From: an uncultured bacterium
Lineage (GTDB): Bacteria; Hydrothermota; E44-bin80
Direction: 5' to 3'
DNA length: 64,000 nt
Assembly (NCBI GenBank): GCA_964392665.1
Contig: CAYMQB010000007.1
Location: forward strand, 9,996 to 73,995
In this document: piece after piece, positions 54,740 through 64,000 of the stretch
Numbering within the stretch: the stretch's first letter is position 1
Layout of the letters: the number at the start of each line of letters is the position of its first letter
Notes under the pieces: generated by a model
Database searches by the model: none
What the model was told of the DNA's origin: nothing
What the model saw: only the letters and a program-made list of their open reading frames with translations
Program-made: the position numbers and the translations under genes

Positions 54740-55231
54740 CTAAGAAGTAAGCTTTCTGAATGTTCCAACAAGAAGTATCGGTGGAGCTTTTTCTAATTCT
54801 TCGGGATTGACATCCTTCAGTTCGAAATCATCCTTCTTTGCTCGTAAAGATACCTGCCTTAAGGATTCCATAATAGCAGCAACGTCTATTCCTTTTGGAC
54901 ATCTCGAAGAACACACAAAACAGGAACAACAAGCAAAGGGTGTATTTGTTTCCAGAATTCTCTTAACATTTCCAAATTGCAGAAGCCTCATTACCTGATT
55001 GGGGAGCAAGTCCATAAAAGGAGCGGAGGGACATCCTGCCGAGCACTTGCCGCATTGATAACAGGAATACTGGTTTTCGAGAGAAAGGGTTATTACTTTT
55101 GTTGTTTCTGCGTTTCTAATATCTTTCGTTTCTATCTTTCCCACTATAGTACTCCTTTCCGAATAAAAAAAACACTTTATTGTATACAACTTCTTGCTTT
55201 CTTTGTCAAGCCTTTTTGTTAAACTTTTCAC
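54740..55231 (-). CDS. hdrC: Heterodisulfide reductase subunit C (2x[4Fe-4S])
   Basis: CYQCGKCSAGCP and CCSCFVCSSRCP; 60-aa N-terminal extension suggests the real start may be internal/non-ATG. Confidence 0.75.
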   Translation of the reverse strand: MKSLTKRLDKESKKLYTIKCFFYSERSTIVGKIETKDIRNAETTKVITLSLENQYSCYQCGKCSAGCPSAPFMDLLPNQVMRLLQFGNVKRILETNTPFACCSCFVCSSRCPKGIDVAAIMESLRQVSLRAKKDDFELKDVNPEELEKAPPILLVGTFRKLTS

Positions 55232-55281
55232 AAGTTCTAAGTTGGCAATTCTATCGCGAAAGTAAATTTCTAAAAAAATAT

Positions 55282-55310
55282 TTGACAGTACTTTTTTTCT
55301 ATGGTATAAA
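55282..55310 (+). promoter_or_regulatory. Sigma70-like promoter of recA (TTGACA-17-TATAAA)
   Basis: TTGACA 55282-55287, TATAAA 55305-55310, about 75-nt leader to GGAGG SD. Confidence 0.45.
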
Positions 55311-55384
55311 GAAAAGGATCAGATGAGAGAACTGATTTCTGTAAATGATAACACAAAGTTCTATAGCATTACCCGGGAGGATAA

Positions 55385-56461
55385 ATGACCGATAATAACA
55401 AAGAAAAAGCTTTAGACCTCGCATTAAGACAGATAGAAAAACAATTTGGAAAAGGCACGATAATGTGGATGGGAGAGGGTGCAATCCACACCGAAGCAGG
55501 AGTAATCCCGACTGGTTCCATCACACTCGATGCAGCTCTGGGGATTGGGGGCGTCCCAAGAGGTAGAATTGTAGAAATTTTTGGCAAGGAAGCTTCGGGT
55601 AAAACAACCATCGCTCTTCACATAGTCAGTGAGGCACAGAAACTTGGCGGCGTGGCTGCATTTATAGACGCAGAACATGCTCTGGATCCAATATATGCAA
55701 GGAAACTTGGTGTCAACATCGAACAACTTTTAATATCACAACCCGATACAGGAGAACAAGCTCTTGAAATCGTTGAAATGTTAACAAGGAGTGGAGCTGT
55801 CGATGTAATTGTCGTAGATTCTGTAGCTGCCCTTGTTCCAAAAGCGGAAATCGAAGGAGAAATGGGAGATGCACATATGGGCCTAAGGGCAAGATTAATG
55901 TCTCAGGCATTAAGAAAACTAACGGCTGTTCTCAGTAAATCATCAACCTGTGCAATATTTATAAATCAGATAAGATATAAGATCGGTGTCGTCTTCGGCA
56001 ATCCTATGACCACCCCCGGGGGTCTTGCTTTGAAATTTCACTCTTCTGTTAGACTCGACATCAGAAGCGTAACAAGAATAAAAAAGGGTGATGAGATAGT
56101 TGGAAACAGGGTTAGTGTGAGAGTTGTTAAAAATAAACTTGCTCCTCCTTTTAAGGACGCACATTTCGACATAATTTATGGGGAAGGAATCTCCATGGAA
56201 GGTGAAATACTCGATTTAGGAGCCGACCTCGATATTCTTGACAAGTCAGGAACCTGGTTTTCCTTTGGAGATACGAGACTGGGTCAGGGAAAAGAAAACG
56301 CCAGGGTGTTTCTAAAAGATAATCCCGATGTTGCCAGGGAAGTAACAGATAAAATCAAAGAATCAGTTGGACTCACACCTGGAAAAGAAAGCAGCACGGA
56401 AGAAACTACAGAAGCAGTTGAAAAAAATAACGAAGATAGAACGCCAAAAGAAAAGAAATAA
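55385..56461 (+). CDS. recA: Recombinase RecA
   Basis: Walker [11 protein letters not shown]1/L2 loops, GNPMTTPGG; full length. Confidence 0.95.
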   Translation: MTDNNKEKALDLALRQIEKQFGKGTIMWMGEGAIHTEAGVIPTGSITLDAALGIGGVPRGRIVEIFGKEASGKTTIALHIVSEAQKLGGVAAFIDAEHALDPIYARKLGVNIEQLLISQPDTGEQALEIVEMLTRSGAVDVIVVDSVAALVPKAEIEGEMGDAHMGLRARLMSQALRKLTAVLSKSSTCAIFINQIRYKIGVVFGNPMTTPGGLALKFHSSVRLDIRSVTRIKKGDEIVGNRVSVRVVKNKLAPPFKDAHFDIIYGEGISMEGEILDLGADLDILDKSGTWFSFGDTRLGQGKENARVFLKDNPDVAREVTDKIKESVGLTPGKESSTEETTEAVEKNNEDRTPKEKK

Positions 56462-57044
56462 CAGATTTTCCCTTTTTCTTGACGACACATTCTTCTGTGG
56501 TATTCCGGAAAATCTCCTTCTTGAATTAAATCTATTCCAGGGAAAGGACGTTGACGAAGAAGAAATCGAAAAGATTTTAGAAGAAAAAGAGCATACAGAA
56601 GCAAAACGACACGTAATAAGACTTTTTAATAGACGTATCTATTCTGAAAAAGACATAAGAGCAAAACTCAAGAAAAAAGGGTATCAAGAAAACATCATTG
56701 AAGATGTTGTAGTCGAACTTAAACAAAGTTCGCTAATCGACGACTACTTATTTACAAAAGCATTTGTCCATGACAGACTTAATCTAAAACCTAAGGGAAG
56801 TTTTCAAATCGCATATGAACTAAAAAATAAGGGTATCAGTAAAACAATAATTGATAAGGTTTTCAGCGAAGAAGGCGTCGTCCAGGGGGACTTCGACCGG
56901 GCGTCCGCACTTGCCAAGAAAAAATTGTTGTCACTGAAAAACATTAAAGATAAAAAAACGATAAAGAGACGTCTCTATAATTCCCTTCTGATAAGAGGTT
57001 TCCCCTACGAAGTAATAAAAAAAGTTCTTGAGGAACTTATTTAA
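56367..57044 (+). CDS. recX: RecX regulatory protein
   Basis: Three-helix-bundle repeats typical of RecX ([23 protein letters not shown]...). Start codon uncertain: the track start at 56367 overlaps recA by 95 nt, and no in-frame ATG lies after the recA stop. Confidence 0.65.
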   Translation: MDSHLEKKAARKKLQKQLKKITKIERQKKRNNRFSLFLDDTFFCGIPENLLLELNLFQGKDVDEEEIEKILEEKEHTEAKRHVIRLFNRRIYSEKDIRAKLKKKGYQENIIEDVVVELKQSSLIDDYLFTKAFVHDRLNLKPKGSFQIAYELKNKGISKTIIDKVFSEEGVVQGDFDRASALAKKKLLSLKNIKDKKTIKRRLYNSLLIRGFPYEVIKKVLEELI

Positions 57045-57257
57045 CTTCGGAAAAATCTGCAAGCAAGCCCGCTAAAATGTAAATAATCAGTAAACCCGCC
57101 TTTGCGAGCGTGGCAATCTTATAGTGCGAAAAACCGAGATTGCTTCGAAAGAGATTATGAAAAAACACTCGCAATGACACTCTTTCAAGAGAATGCAACG
57201 GAGTCCACTGATTATTTACGCAAAATTTTGAATCTCGGACCGCGATTTACCTTCTTT

Positions 57258-59288
57258 CTACGGTTCCAAGCCAACCTTTCCCATAATGGCTTTGCCTACA
57301 TTTGAAATGTGAAAATTCACCCTCTCAAGGTCGTCAATAAAATCAAGATGAATCGTGCTCGTTTCTATTGTCTCGACAAAACCCTTTTTTAGTCTTTCAA
57401 TGTGAGCATTATGAAGTTCTATATGTTTATCCACTCCCCATTTTCTTGTCCCCATTAATCTCGCTGCAAGGGTTTTATCATAAGTTGTTATTGCACTTAT
57501 TGCATTACTGAAGTTTTTTCCTATCTTTCTATGAAAATCAATTATCTCACGAAATCCCTCGCGCGAAAATAAAAAACTTTCTTTTATTTTTTTTCCGGCA
57601 TATACCATAAAACTTTTACTCACAATATCTCCTATATGCTCCAATTCACCCGAAATGAAGAACAAAGATGTAATTCTTTTGGATTGATAATCCGTCAATT
57701 CCTCTTGCGATATACTTGTTAAGTAGTCATTCACCGCTTCTTCTAGTTCATCTAACTCATCATCCTTTTTAATGATGTCACGCATCTGGTCCTTGTCGTT
57801 TGTCTTAAATACGTCTATTGAATCAGCAAACATCTCGTAAGCCATATCTGCCATTCGGAGAACTTCTCTATTTGTATGAGCAATTGCCGCCGCGGGGTTT
57901 TCCAGTAAGCCTTTGTCAAGAAATTTTGGTCCCTTTGACAATTGTTCTTTTCCTTCCGGGACAATTCTTTGAAAAAGATTCGCAATTGGTTTAATTAGCG
58001 GCAAGAAAATTATTGCAAGTGCAACATTAAAAACTGTATGCATATTTGCAATTTGTCTTGCAGTGCTCCCACCAACTGAAAAAAGCATTCGACTCCAAAA
58101 ACCCATAAACGGGAAAAATACAAAAACCGTGATAAACTTAAAAAGAAAGTTTGCTGCCGCATACATTTTGGCTTCCCTGTTCCCTTTGATGCTTGCAAGA
58201 AGTGCGGTTGCACTTGTCCCAAGATTGGCTCCAAGTATTACGGGAAAGGCTTGTTCTAAACCTATTATTCCCTGAAAAGAAAGACTTATAGTAATCCCGA
58301 TTGTTGCTACGCTTGAATGAACAATTGCAGTGAAGATAGTTGAAATTAAAAAAATTAATATCGGGTGTTCTGTAAAGCTCAGGAAAAATTTCTCAAGCGA
58401 GCCACTTAAACTTAAAGGTAAAAAAGCCTGCCCCATAATCTTTATTCCAAGAAATATCAATCCGAAGCCCAGAATAAATTGCCCGTAGTACCTAATGGGT
58501 TTTTTTAGGCTGTTTAATAAAAAACCAAAGGCGACTATAAGAAGTGAGTAATTGTAAATTCTGAATGCAATTAGCTGAACCGTTAACGTTGTTCCGACTG
58601 CAGTCCCTATTAAAACAGACAAAACACTTATAAATGTGATTAAACCTGTTGTTAAAAAACCGACAAGCATAACCGTTGCAGCAGTGCTTGATTGTAAAAG
58701 AAATGTTAGCATTGCGCCCGAAATTAAACCCAGCAATCGGTTTTTCGTAAAGCGGAATAGCATTTCCCTCAACCGATCTCCTGCTGATTTTAGTAAACCC
58801 TTTGAAGCGACTCTGAAACCAAAAAAGAACAGCGAGAATCCACCAATAAGTTGAATAAAAAGTAATAAAACCCATGCTTTAGAAAAAACACTGTAGGAGA
58901 ATATTAACCTTTTTGCAGGTTCTTCTACAACTTCGGCTTCAAGCAAAAATTCACCTGGTTCCCTCCCTGTTTGCACTATACATTTGGCATATCCGTCACT
59001 GCTCGTAAACGAAACTTTCGGGTTGCAGTCCGCTATATCGTCGTTGAGCATCCTGAAACGTACTGCAACATTTCCAATGCCTTTTCCTCTCTCGTCCCTT
59101 ACGGAAACTAAAATTGGCTTTGACAGTTCGCTTTTTGGAACACCTATTTGTCGATTACCCGAAATGTCATTCCCAAGTGCATCTTTTGCTTTTTCTAAAA
59201 GGAGATTCTGACTCGTCACACTGGAACCTACTTCGTTAGCACAAATCACCACAATAAGCAAAAATACAAAAATAAGTTTCTTATACAT
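57258..59288 (-). CDS. Na+/phosphate cotransporter (PNaS, full-length NptA with C-terminal PhoU-like domains) carrying an N-terminal secreted extension
   Basis: Signal peptide plus about 140-aa extracytoplasmic domain, then PNaS membrane core (SSTAAT/GANLGTSAT loops), then two PhoU-like repeats. Confidence 0.8.
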   Translation of the reverse strand: MYKKLIFVFLLIVVICANEVGSSVTSQNLLLEKAKDALGNDISGNRQIGVPKSELSKPILVSVRDERGKGIGNVAVRFRMLNDDIADCNPKVSFTSSDGYAKCIVQTGREPGEFLLEAEVVEEPAKRLIFSYSVFSKAWVLLLFIQLIGGFSLFFFGFRVASKGLLKSAGDRLREMLFRFTKNRLLGLISGAMLTFLLQSSTAATVMLVGFLTTGLITFISVLSVLIGTAVGTTLTVQLIAFRIYNYSLLIVAFGFLLNSLKKPIRYYGQFILGFGLIFLGIKIMGQAFLPLSLSGSLEKFFLSFTEHPILIFLISTIFTAIVHSSVATIGITISLSFQGIIGLEQAFPVILGANLGTSATALLASIKGNREAKMYAAANFLFKFITVFVFFPFMGFWSRMLFSVGGSTARQIANMHTVFNVALAIIFLPLIKPIANLFQRIVPEGKEQLSKGPKFLDKGLLENPAAAIAHTNREVLRMADMAYEMFADSIDVFKTNDKDQMRDIIKKDDELDELEEAVNDYLTSISQEELTDYQSKRITSLFFISGELEHIGDIVSKSFMVYAGKKIKESFLFSREGFREIIDFHRKIGKNFSNAISAITTYDKTLAARLMGTRKWGVDKHIELHNAHIERLKKGFVETIETSTIHLDFIDDLERVNFHISNVGKAIMGKVGLEP

Positions 59289-59292
59289 ACTT

Positions 59293-60813
59293 TTATTTTC
59301 CCGTTTTTTTCAACAAGGATTTCAGTCCCATCTTTCTGGAAGCTCTTCCCGCCTTATTTCGATATTCTTCCGATTCAAAAACCTTTTTTAGATGACCTAA
59401 AATAGCTGATTTCTGAAAATAAATTTCTGGCAAATATTCGTTAAATTCGATTGTTTCTGCAAGTTTCTCTGCTTCTTCTATATAACGGAGCGCCTTTTTG
59501 TAATTCTCTGTCACGCAGTTAAGTCGACTGTCGCAGACTAAAATCCTGCAATATTCGAATTTCCTCTCTTCTTTCTTCATAAGTGCCCCGCTGTTTTTGA
59601 TCAAATTTTTGGCTTTTTTTAATGGAAAAAGTGGTTTCTTCCCCGCTGTTTCGGAATCGATAATAACTTGCGCGAGTTCTCGCAAGAATCTAATCTTATC
59701 ACTCAAAATATCATATTTTTGGCTTATTACAAGAGCCTTTTTGTAAAGCTCATAGCTTTCCGCGCAGCGTTTCCTTGCATTTAAAATATATGCTTTCAGA
59801 GCATAGTAGTTCATCAATCTTGGTTCATTCTTAATCTCTTTGCACAGTCTACCCTCTTTCTCATTCAACAGAAGCGCGTTTTTATAATCTCCTCTCAAAG
59901 CATAAATCATACCCATCTGATTCAAATTTATGGTCATTCCAAACTTATCTCCAATTTCATTTCTTATCTTAAAACTTTCTCTGTGTAATTTCAAAGATTC
60001 TGTAAATCTTCCGTGAATTCTGTATATAATTGCAAGATTATTCAAGTTTATTGCTATTCCGCTTTTGTTACCAAGTTTTCTCTGAATTTTAAGACTTTCC
60101 TCCCAAAACTCAATCGCCTCTGTAAATCGTCCTTGCTTCCAATATACTACTGCAATATTATTTAAGCATAATGCGCTACCCTGAATATATCCTGTTTCTC
60201 TTCTTAATTTCAGGCTTCCCTTAAGATAGTTCAGGGCATTAGAAAATCGCTGGAGACTCTCAAATGCCATTCCTATATTATTCAATGACACCGCCATTCC
60301 CTCTTTATCGTTCAGGGAATTCTTCACGCTTAAACTTTTTTTATGAAACTCTAATGCCTTCGTTCGCTTCCCAATGCGAGAATATATTCCGCCGATATTA
60401 TCCAGACTTTCGGCAATTGCTTTTTTCTTCTGAATCCTGTTTCCCTGAACTTTCTTGAGTAATTTAATTGCTTTTGTGGCATAATCTAAGGCTGTGTCGC
60501 ATTTTGCTTCATCAAAACTTTTCCCTGACAGAGCATTCAGTATTTCCGCTTTTTTTAGTTCCAATTTTCTTTTATTTGCAATTCTCAATGCATATTTCAA
60601 ACAATACTCGGATTTTGACTTCCCCCCAATTATTCCGTAAAGCCTTGCACGACCCAAACTTGCGTTGATAACAGTTTCCGGGTTTTTCGAAAACCCTTCC
60701 ACTTTCCGAAAATCTCTTATTGACTCCTTATACTTGCCTACGATACTAAAAATTTCTGCTCTTTGCATAAGCGATCTTTCAAAGAGTTCTTTTCTTCGCT
60801 CTACTCTTGACAT
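59293..60813 (-). CDS. TPR-repeat protein (TPR_12-type, regulator-like)
   Basis: At least 6 consecutive 40-42-aa TPR units (ALSLNNIGMAFESLQRFSNALNYLKGSLKL...). Start taken at internal Met (MSRVERRK) to avoid overlap with the upstream CPBP gene; the ORF track extends to 60948. Confidence 0.65.
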   Translation of the reverse strand: MSRVERRKELFERSLMQRAEIFSIVGKYKESIRDFRKVEGFSKNPETVINASLGRARLYGIIGGKSKSEYCLKYALRIANKRKLELKKAEILNALSGKSFDEAKCDTALDYATKAIKLLKKVQGNRIQKKKAIAESLDNIGGIYSRIGKRTKALEFHKKSLSVKNSLNDKEGMAVSLNNIGMAFESLQRFSNALNYLKGSLKLRRETGYIQGSALCLNNIAVVYWKQGRFTEAIEFWEESLKIQRKLGNKSGIAINLNNLAIIYRIHGRFTESLKLHRESFKIRNEIGDKFGMTINLNQMGMIYALRGDYKNALLLNEKEGRLCKEIKNEPRLMNYYALKAYILNARKRCAESYELYKKALVISQKYDILSDKIRFLRELAQVIIDSETAGKKPLFPLKKAKNLIKNSGALMKKEERKFEYCRILVCDSRLNCVTENYKKALRYIEEAEKLAETIEFNEYLPEIYFQKSAILGHLKKVFESEEYRNKAGRASRKMGLKSLLKKTGK

Positions 60814-60854
60814 TTGCAAAAACGTGTCGCGAGACACCGCGCTCCAACCCTTTT

Positions 60855-61688
60855 TTACTTTATTACTGCAAAAAAATCCATCGAAAACTGAATACCCCAG
60901 TGAATTAGAAATGCCGGCAGAAAGGTCTTTGAACGCCAGGCAAGCCATCCAACGATAAGACCTCCCGCGAGTGCGCTGTAAACTTCCAGTTCAGGCTTTC
61001 CAAAGTGCATAAAAGCAAATGCCATTGCCTGGATTGCATTGGCAACCAGGAATCCTGTCCTTTTCTCCAGGGAAAAGAGCATATACCCTCTAAAAAAGAA
61101 TTCCCAGAAGACAAAGAAAATCCCGAGCGAAAGCTCAGCAACAATAAAACCCGTGACACTTTTTCTTGCCAAGGAAAACATTGGATAGGTTTTTTGAAAA
61201 GAGGGCATTCTTGATGCACTGTAAATAATGGGTATCATAATCAGAAAAAACAGTATCGTAATTGGAACCCAAAATTTGGGTTTTCCAAAGGAAATACCAA
61301 ATTTTCGAAGGTCAACGCGTGAAAGAAATAGTATTATCACCGTTACAGCGACAACAGCGCTTGAAATTGCAAGAACTGCGTTTCCATACCTTACTGTTCT
61401 AAAAAAATGCCTGTTTAATGAAAGCGTAATAAGCAGACTAAAGACTGTCGTTATCGCAATTACCGATATAATCTTAACAAAAATTCTCGTCTTTTTACCA
61501 ATCAAAACCAGGGATAGCAGTGGAATTATGAAAAGTATCAATCCATTCAGAAATAACCAGTATTTAACGGGTCTCCAGCAGTCATTGTGATACAGAAAAA
61601 GTAGGAGAAAAGTCGAAAGTAATATTACAAAAAGAAATTCTGCACTTTCTTTGCTTAAAAATTTAAGTTCTTCTCCTTTTATTTTCAT
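60855..61688 (-). CDS. CPBP-family intramembrane metalloprotease (CAAX protease/Abi)
   Basis: Motifs EExxxR-like (WEFFFRG), FxxxH (FAFMH) and HxxxN/Q (IHWGIQ); multi-TM. Confidence 0.75.
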   Translation of the reverse strand: MKIKGEELKFLSKESAEFLFVILLSTFLLLFLYHNDCWRPVKYWLFLNGLILFIIPLLSLVLIGKKTRIFVKIISVIAITTVFSLLITLSLNRHFFRTVRYGNAVLAISSAVVAVTVIILFLSRVDLRKFGISFGKPKFWVPITILFFLIMIPIIYSASRMPSFQKTYPMFSLARKSVTGFIVAELSLGIFFVFWEFFFRGYMLFSLEKRTGFLVANAIQAMAFAFMHFGKPELEVYSALAGGLIVGWLAWRSKTFLPAFLIHWGIQFSMDFFAVIK

Positions 61689-61751
61689 TTCGCTAAAAAG
61701 AAAAACCCAACCCTGAGTAAAGAGTTGGGTTTTTCTTTTTCTTTTTTTCTC

Positions 61752-63002
61752 TTACGAAACTACACCATACTTCTTTCCAACCTTTGTAAATGCATCTATT
61801 GCCTTGTCAAGGTGTTCCCTTGTCTGTGCGGCAGAAACCTGTACCCTAATTCTCGATTGTCCCTTCGGAACAACAGGATAATAAAAACCAATCACATATA
61901 TTCCAAGGTCGAGTAAATCGCTCGCCATATCTTGTGAAAGTTTCGAATCATTTGGAAATTTTCCAAGCATAATTGGGACTATTGGGTGGTCTCCTGGAAT
62001 AATATCGAATCCTGCTTCCGTCATTTTTTTTCTAAAATATTTAGTGTTCTCCTCTAGTTTATCTCTTAGTTCCGTTGTTTCTGAAAGCAAATCAAAAACC
62101 GCAATTGAAGCCCCGACGACTGCGGGTGCTAAAGTGTTACTAAAAAGATATGGCCTGGAACGTTGCCTTAAGAATTCGATTATTTCTTTCTTCCCGGAAG
62201 CAAAACCGCCAGATGCTCCTCCCAGTGCTTTTCCGAGCGTTCCCGTAATTATATCTATTTTCCCAAGTACTCCGCGGTATTCTGGTGTTCCTCTTCCTGT
62301 CCGGCCTAAAAATCCTGTCGCGTGTGCGTCGTCTACCATAATGAGTGAATCATACTTCTCTGAAAGTGGAACTATCTCGTTTAATTTAGCTATATCTCCG
62401 TCCATTGAAAAAACACCGTCTGTTGCTGTAACTCTATATCTAGCGCCTTGCGCCTCTTTCAATTTTTCTTCGAGACTTTTCATATCCGCATGTTCAAAAA
62501 TGAATCTCTGCGCTTTACACATTCTTATTCCATCTATAACGGACGCATGGTTAAGCTTATCTGTAATTATTGCGTCTTCTTTCCCAAATAGTGGCTCGAA
62601 GACCCCTCCGTTTGCATCAAAACAGGCGGCATATAGAATCGTATCTTCAGTTTGTAAAAACTCTGTTATCTTCTTTTCTAAAATTTTGTGTATCTCCTGT
62701 GTTCCACATATAAATCTTACCGAACTCATCCCATAACCCCATTTGTCAAGAGTTTTATGCGCTGCTTCAATAACTTTTGGATGACTTGAAAGTCCCAGGT
62801 AATTATTTGCGCAAAAATTCAAAACTTTTTTTCCGCCTTCTACGGTTATATCGACTCCCTGTGGTGTCATAATTATTCTTTCCGCTTTATAAAGACCTTG
62901 TTCTTTAATTGACAGAAGCTCCTTTGATAACTCCTTTTTCATTTTTCCGAACATTTCATACCTCCTTTTTAATGAAGCTTTATCATTGCGTCTTTTTTTC
63001 AA
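61752..63002 (-). CDS. kbl: Glycine C-acetyltransferase (2-amino-3-ketobutyrate CoA ligase)
   Basis: Near-colinear with E. coli Kbl: [41 protein letters not shown] (PLP lysine), [22 protein letters not shown]. The start may be an internal Met (MFGKM/MKKEL). Confidence 0.9.
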   Translation of the reverse strand: MKKRRNDKASLKRRYEMFGKMKKELSKELLSIKEQGLYKAERIIMTPQGVDITVEGGKKVLNFCANNYLGLSSHPKVIEAAHKTLDKWGYGMSSVRFICGTQEIHKILEKKITEFLQTEDTILYAACFDANGGVFEPLFGKEDAIITDKLNHASVIDGIRMCKAQRFIFEHADMKSLEEKLKEAQGARYRVTATDGVFSMDGDIAKLNEIVPLSEKYDSLIMVDDAHATGFLGRTGRGTPEYRGVLGKIDIITGTLGKALGGASGGFASGKKEIIEFLRQRSRPYLFSNTLAPAVVGASIAVFDLLSETTELRDKLEENTKYFRKKMTEAGFDIIPGDHPIVPIMLGKFPNDSKLSQDMASDLLDLGIYVIGFYYPVVPKGQSRIRVQVSAAQTREHLDKAIDAFTKVGKKYGVVS

Positions 63003-63252
63003 TCCCCCTTTCTAAAATATTATTTGGCATTCTCACACACTTCTTAAAAAAGTAAATAAATGTTTAACAATTACTAAAAAAGTAGTAGTAGAAACGGTGG
63101 AATGTTTAATAAATAGCGAAACTAATAGAGGACGCTCTCCTTGTGATGTTATATGTGTGGACAACATGTTAACTTTTTGTTGATTTCTAAACCCCTTTTT
63201 AAAACTCCTTATTTCTTGACACATTATAAACAGGTATTTAACAGATTTTCCA

Positions 63253-64000
63253 CTAAGTTGTCAACTTTCTAATAATTTTATCGATTTTGTTGCTAAACTC
63301 GTTGTCTTCCCTTATCATCCTGCAAATTTTATCATAAGCATGCAGAACGGTAGTGTGATCTCTTCCGCCAAACCTAGCGCCAATTTCCTTAAGAGAAAAA
63401 GATGATAATTCTCTTAAAATATACATTCCGACCTGTCTCGGAAGCGCAACGGAAGCGGTTCTTCTTTTACCAGTAAGAGATTCTTCAGAGACATCAAAAA
63501 AATCGGCAATTACACGAAGAACCTTTTTGATGTTTAAAGTATCCTTTTTACTAACAATTATGGAACTAAGCATTTCTTTAGCAGTCGACAAATTTATTTC
63601 TGTTTTTGTGAGAGAAGAAAGCGCAAGAAGTCTTACAAGAGATCCTTCTAATTCACGTATATTTGTTCTGATGTTAGAAGCAATATAGAAAATGACTTCT
63701 TCCGGGACCAAAATGCCGTCCATCTCCGATTTTTTATTCAGGATTGCAATCCTCGTTTCAAGATCCGGTGGTTGTATATCAACGACCAAACCCCACTGAA
63801 AACGAGAGATAAGTCTTTCCTCGAGAGAGGGGATTTCTCTAGGCGGTCTATCACTTGTTACAATGATTTGTTTATGTGCACCATAAAGAGCGTTGAATGT
63901 ATGAAAAATTTCTTCCTGCAAACTCTCTTTATCTCCAAGAAAATGTATATCGTCTATCAGTAACATATCCAGATTTCGGTACTTATTCTTGAATTCAAGC
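63253..64000 (-). CDS. dnaA: Chromosomal replication initiator DnaA (C-terminal domains III-IV; 5' end beyond window)
   Basis: LLIDDIHFL (Walker B/sensor region), RELEGSL, and C-terminal DNA-binding helix-turn-helix (LPRQVGMYILRELSSFSLKEIGARFGGRDHTTVLHA). Confidence 0.9.
   Translation of the reverse strand, partial: LEFKNKYRNLDMLLIDDIHFLGDKESLQEEIFHTFNALYGAHKQIIVTSDRPPREIPSLEERLISRFQWGLVVDIQPPDLETRIAILNKKSEMDGILVPEEVIFYIASNIRTNIRELEGSLVRLLALSSLTKTEINLSTAKEMLSSIIVSKKDTLNIKKVLRVIADFFDVSEESLTGKRRTASVALPRQVGMYILRELSSFSLKEIGARFGGRDHTTVLHAYDKICRMIREDNEFSNKIDKIIRKLTT

Noticed and set aside
55232-55384. SOS/LexA-type operator upstream of recA
   Set aside because: No CTGT-N8-ACAG, GAAC-N4-GTTC or other known LexA-box dyad was recognisable; only a short ATCAG/CTGAT repeat.
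57102-57305. 67-aa plus-strand ORF in the recX/nptA convergent gap
   Set aside because: No SD, atypical composition, overlaps the 3' end of the minus-strand transporter gene; more likely non-coding.
1-64000. tRNA, rRNA, tmRNA, RNase P or SRP RNA genes
   Set aside because: No acceptor/T-arm (GTTCGANTCC) or other hallmark motifs found in any intergenic region by eye; the only GGTTCGAA match (about 7121) is inside a CDS.

Overview
AT-rich (about 36-38% GC) bacterial chromosomal segment with 57 supportable protein-coding genes and no rRNA, tRNA or CRISPR array detected by eye. Shine-Dalgarno sequences are used, sigma70-like TTGACA/TATAAT promoters are present, and two secreted proteins carry T9SS C-terminal sorting domains. 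Together with the Hdr/NuoEF redox genes, this suggests an anaerobe of the FCB superphylum, possibly Cloacimonadota-like; that is inference only.

Content in order:
- Housekeeping genes: partial pdxJ, rsmA/ksgA, a pfkB-family 1-phosphofructokinase, carA-carB, rpe, map-tatD, xerC/D, a beta-CASP MBL RNase, recA-recX, kbl and partial dnaA at the window end.
- Two Na/Pi cotransporter paralogs, one of them split into a transporter gene and a PhoU-like gene.
- An accessory stretch (27-40 kb): TPR lipoproteins, a stand-alone HNH endonuclease, an Omp85/BamA-like protein, an AbiEi/AbiEii toxin-antitoxin pair, a PAD_porph/agmatine-deiminase-like T9SS cargo protein, a C25 gingipain-like T9SS cargo protein, and a lipoprotein with three CBM42/AbfB-like repeats.
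- A roughly 14 kb minus-strand redox cluster (40962-55231). It encodes hdrC-hdrB, then a DRTGG/CBS-HATPase/DRTGG/PHP/HATPase regulatory module, then nuoE-like, a 2Fe-2S ferredoxin, nuoF-like and a HydA-N-terminal/NuoG-N-terminal-like ferredoxin that lacks any H-cluster domain. These are followed by hdrA, sdhB-like, sdhA-like, mvhD and an FrhB/FdhB-like subunit.

I read the redox cluster as a candidate NADH-linked, HdrA-based electron-bifurcating complex. The [FeFe]-hydrogenase catalytic module appears to be replaced by HdrABC/MvhD plus a soluble thiol:fumarate-reductase-like SdhAB pair. This is the most interesting candidate system in the window.

Other notable items are imperfect 81-84 nt tandem repeats encoding a Gly-rich linker inside a HEAT-repeat protein, a gene pair encoding a multi-ACT-like protein and a membrane pseudokinase-TPR protein, and a 916-aa pure coiled-coil protein next to xerC/D. 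Duplicated 29-nt AAUUUC-repeat elements sit upstream of both sdh-like genes. An 18-nt direct repeat pair sits in a 380-nt intergenic region, and a strongly SD-preceded 34-aa lysine-rich small ORF lies in another.
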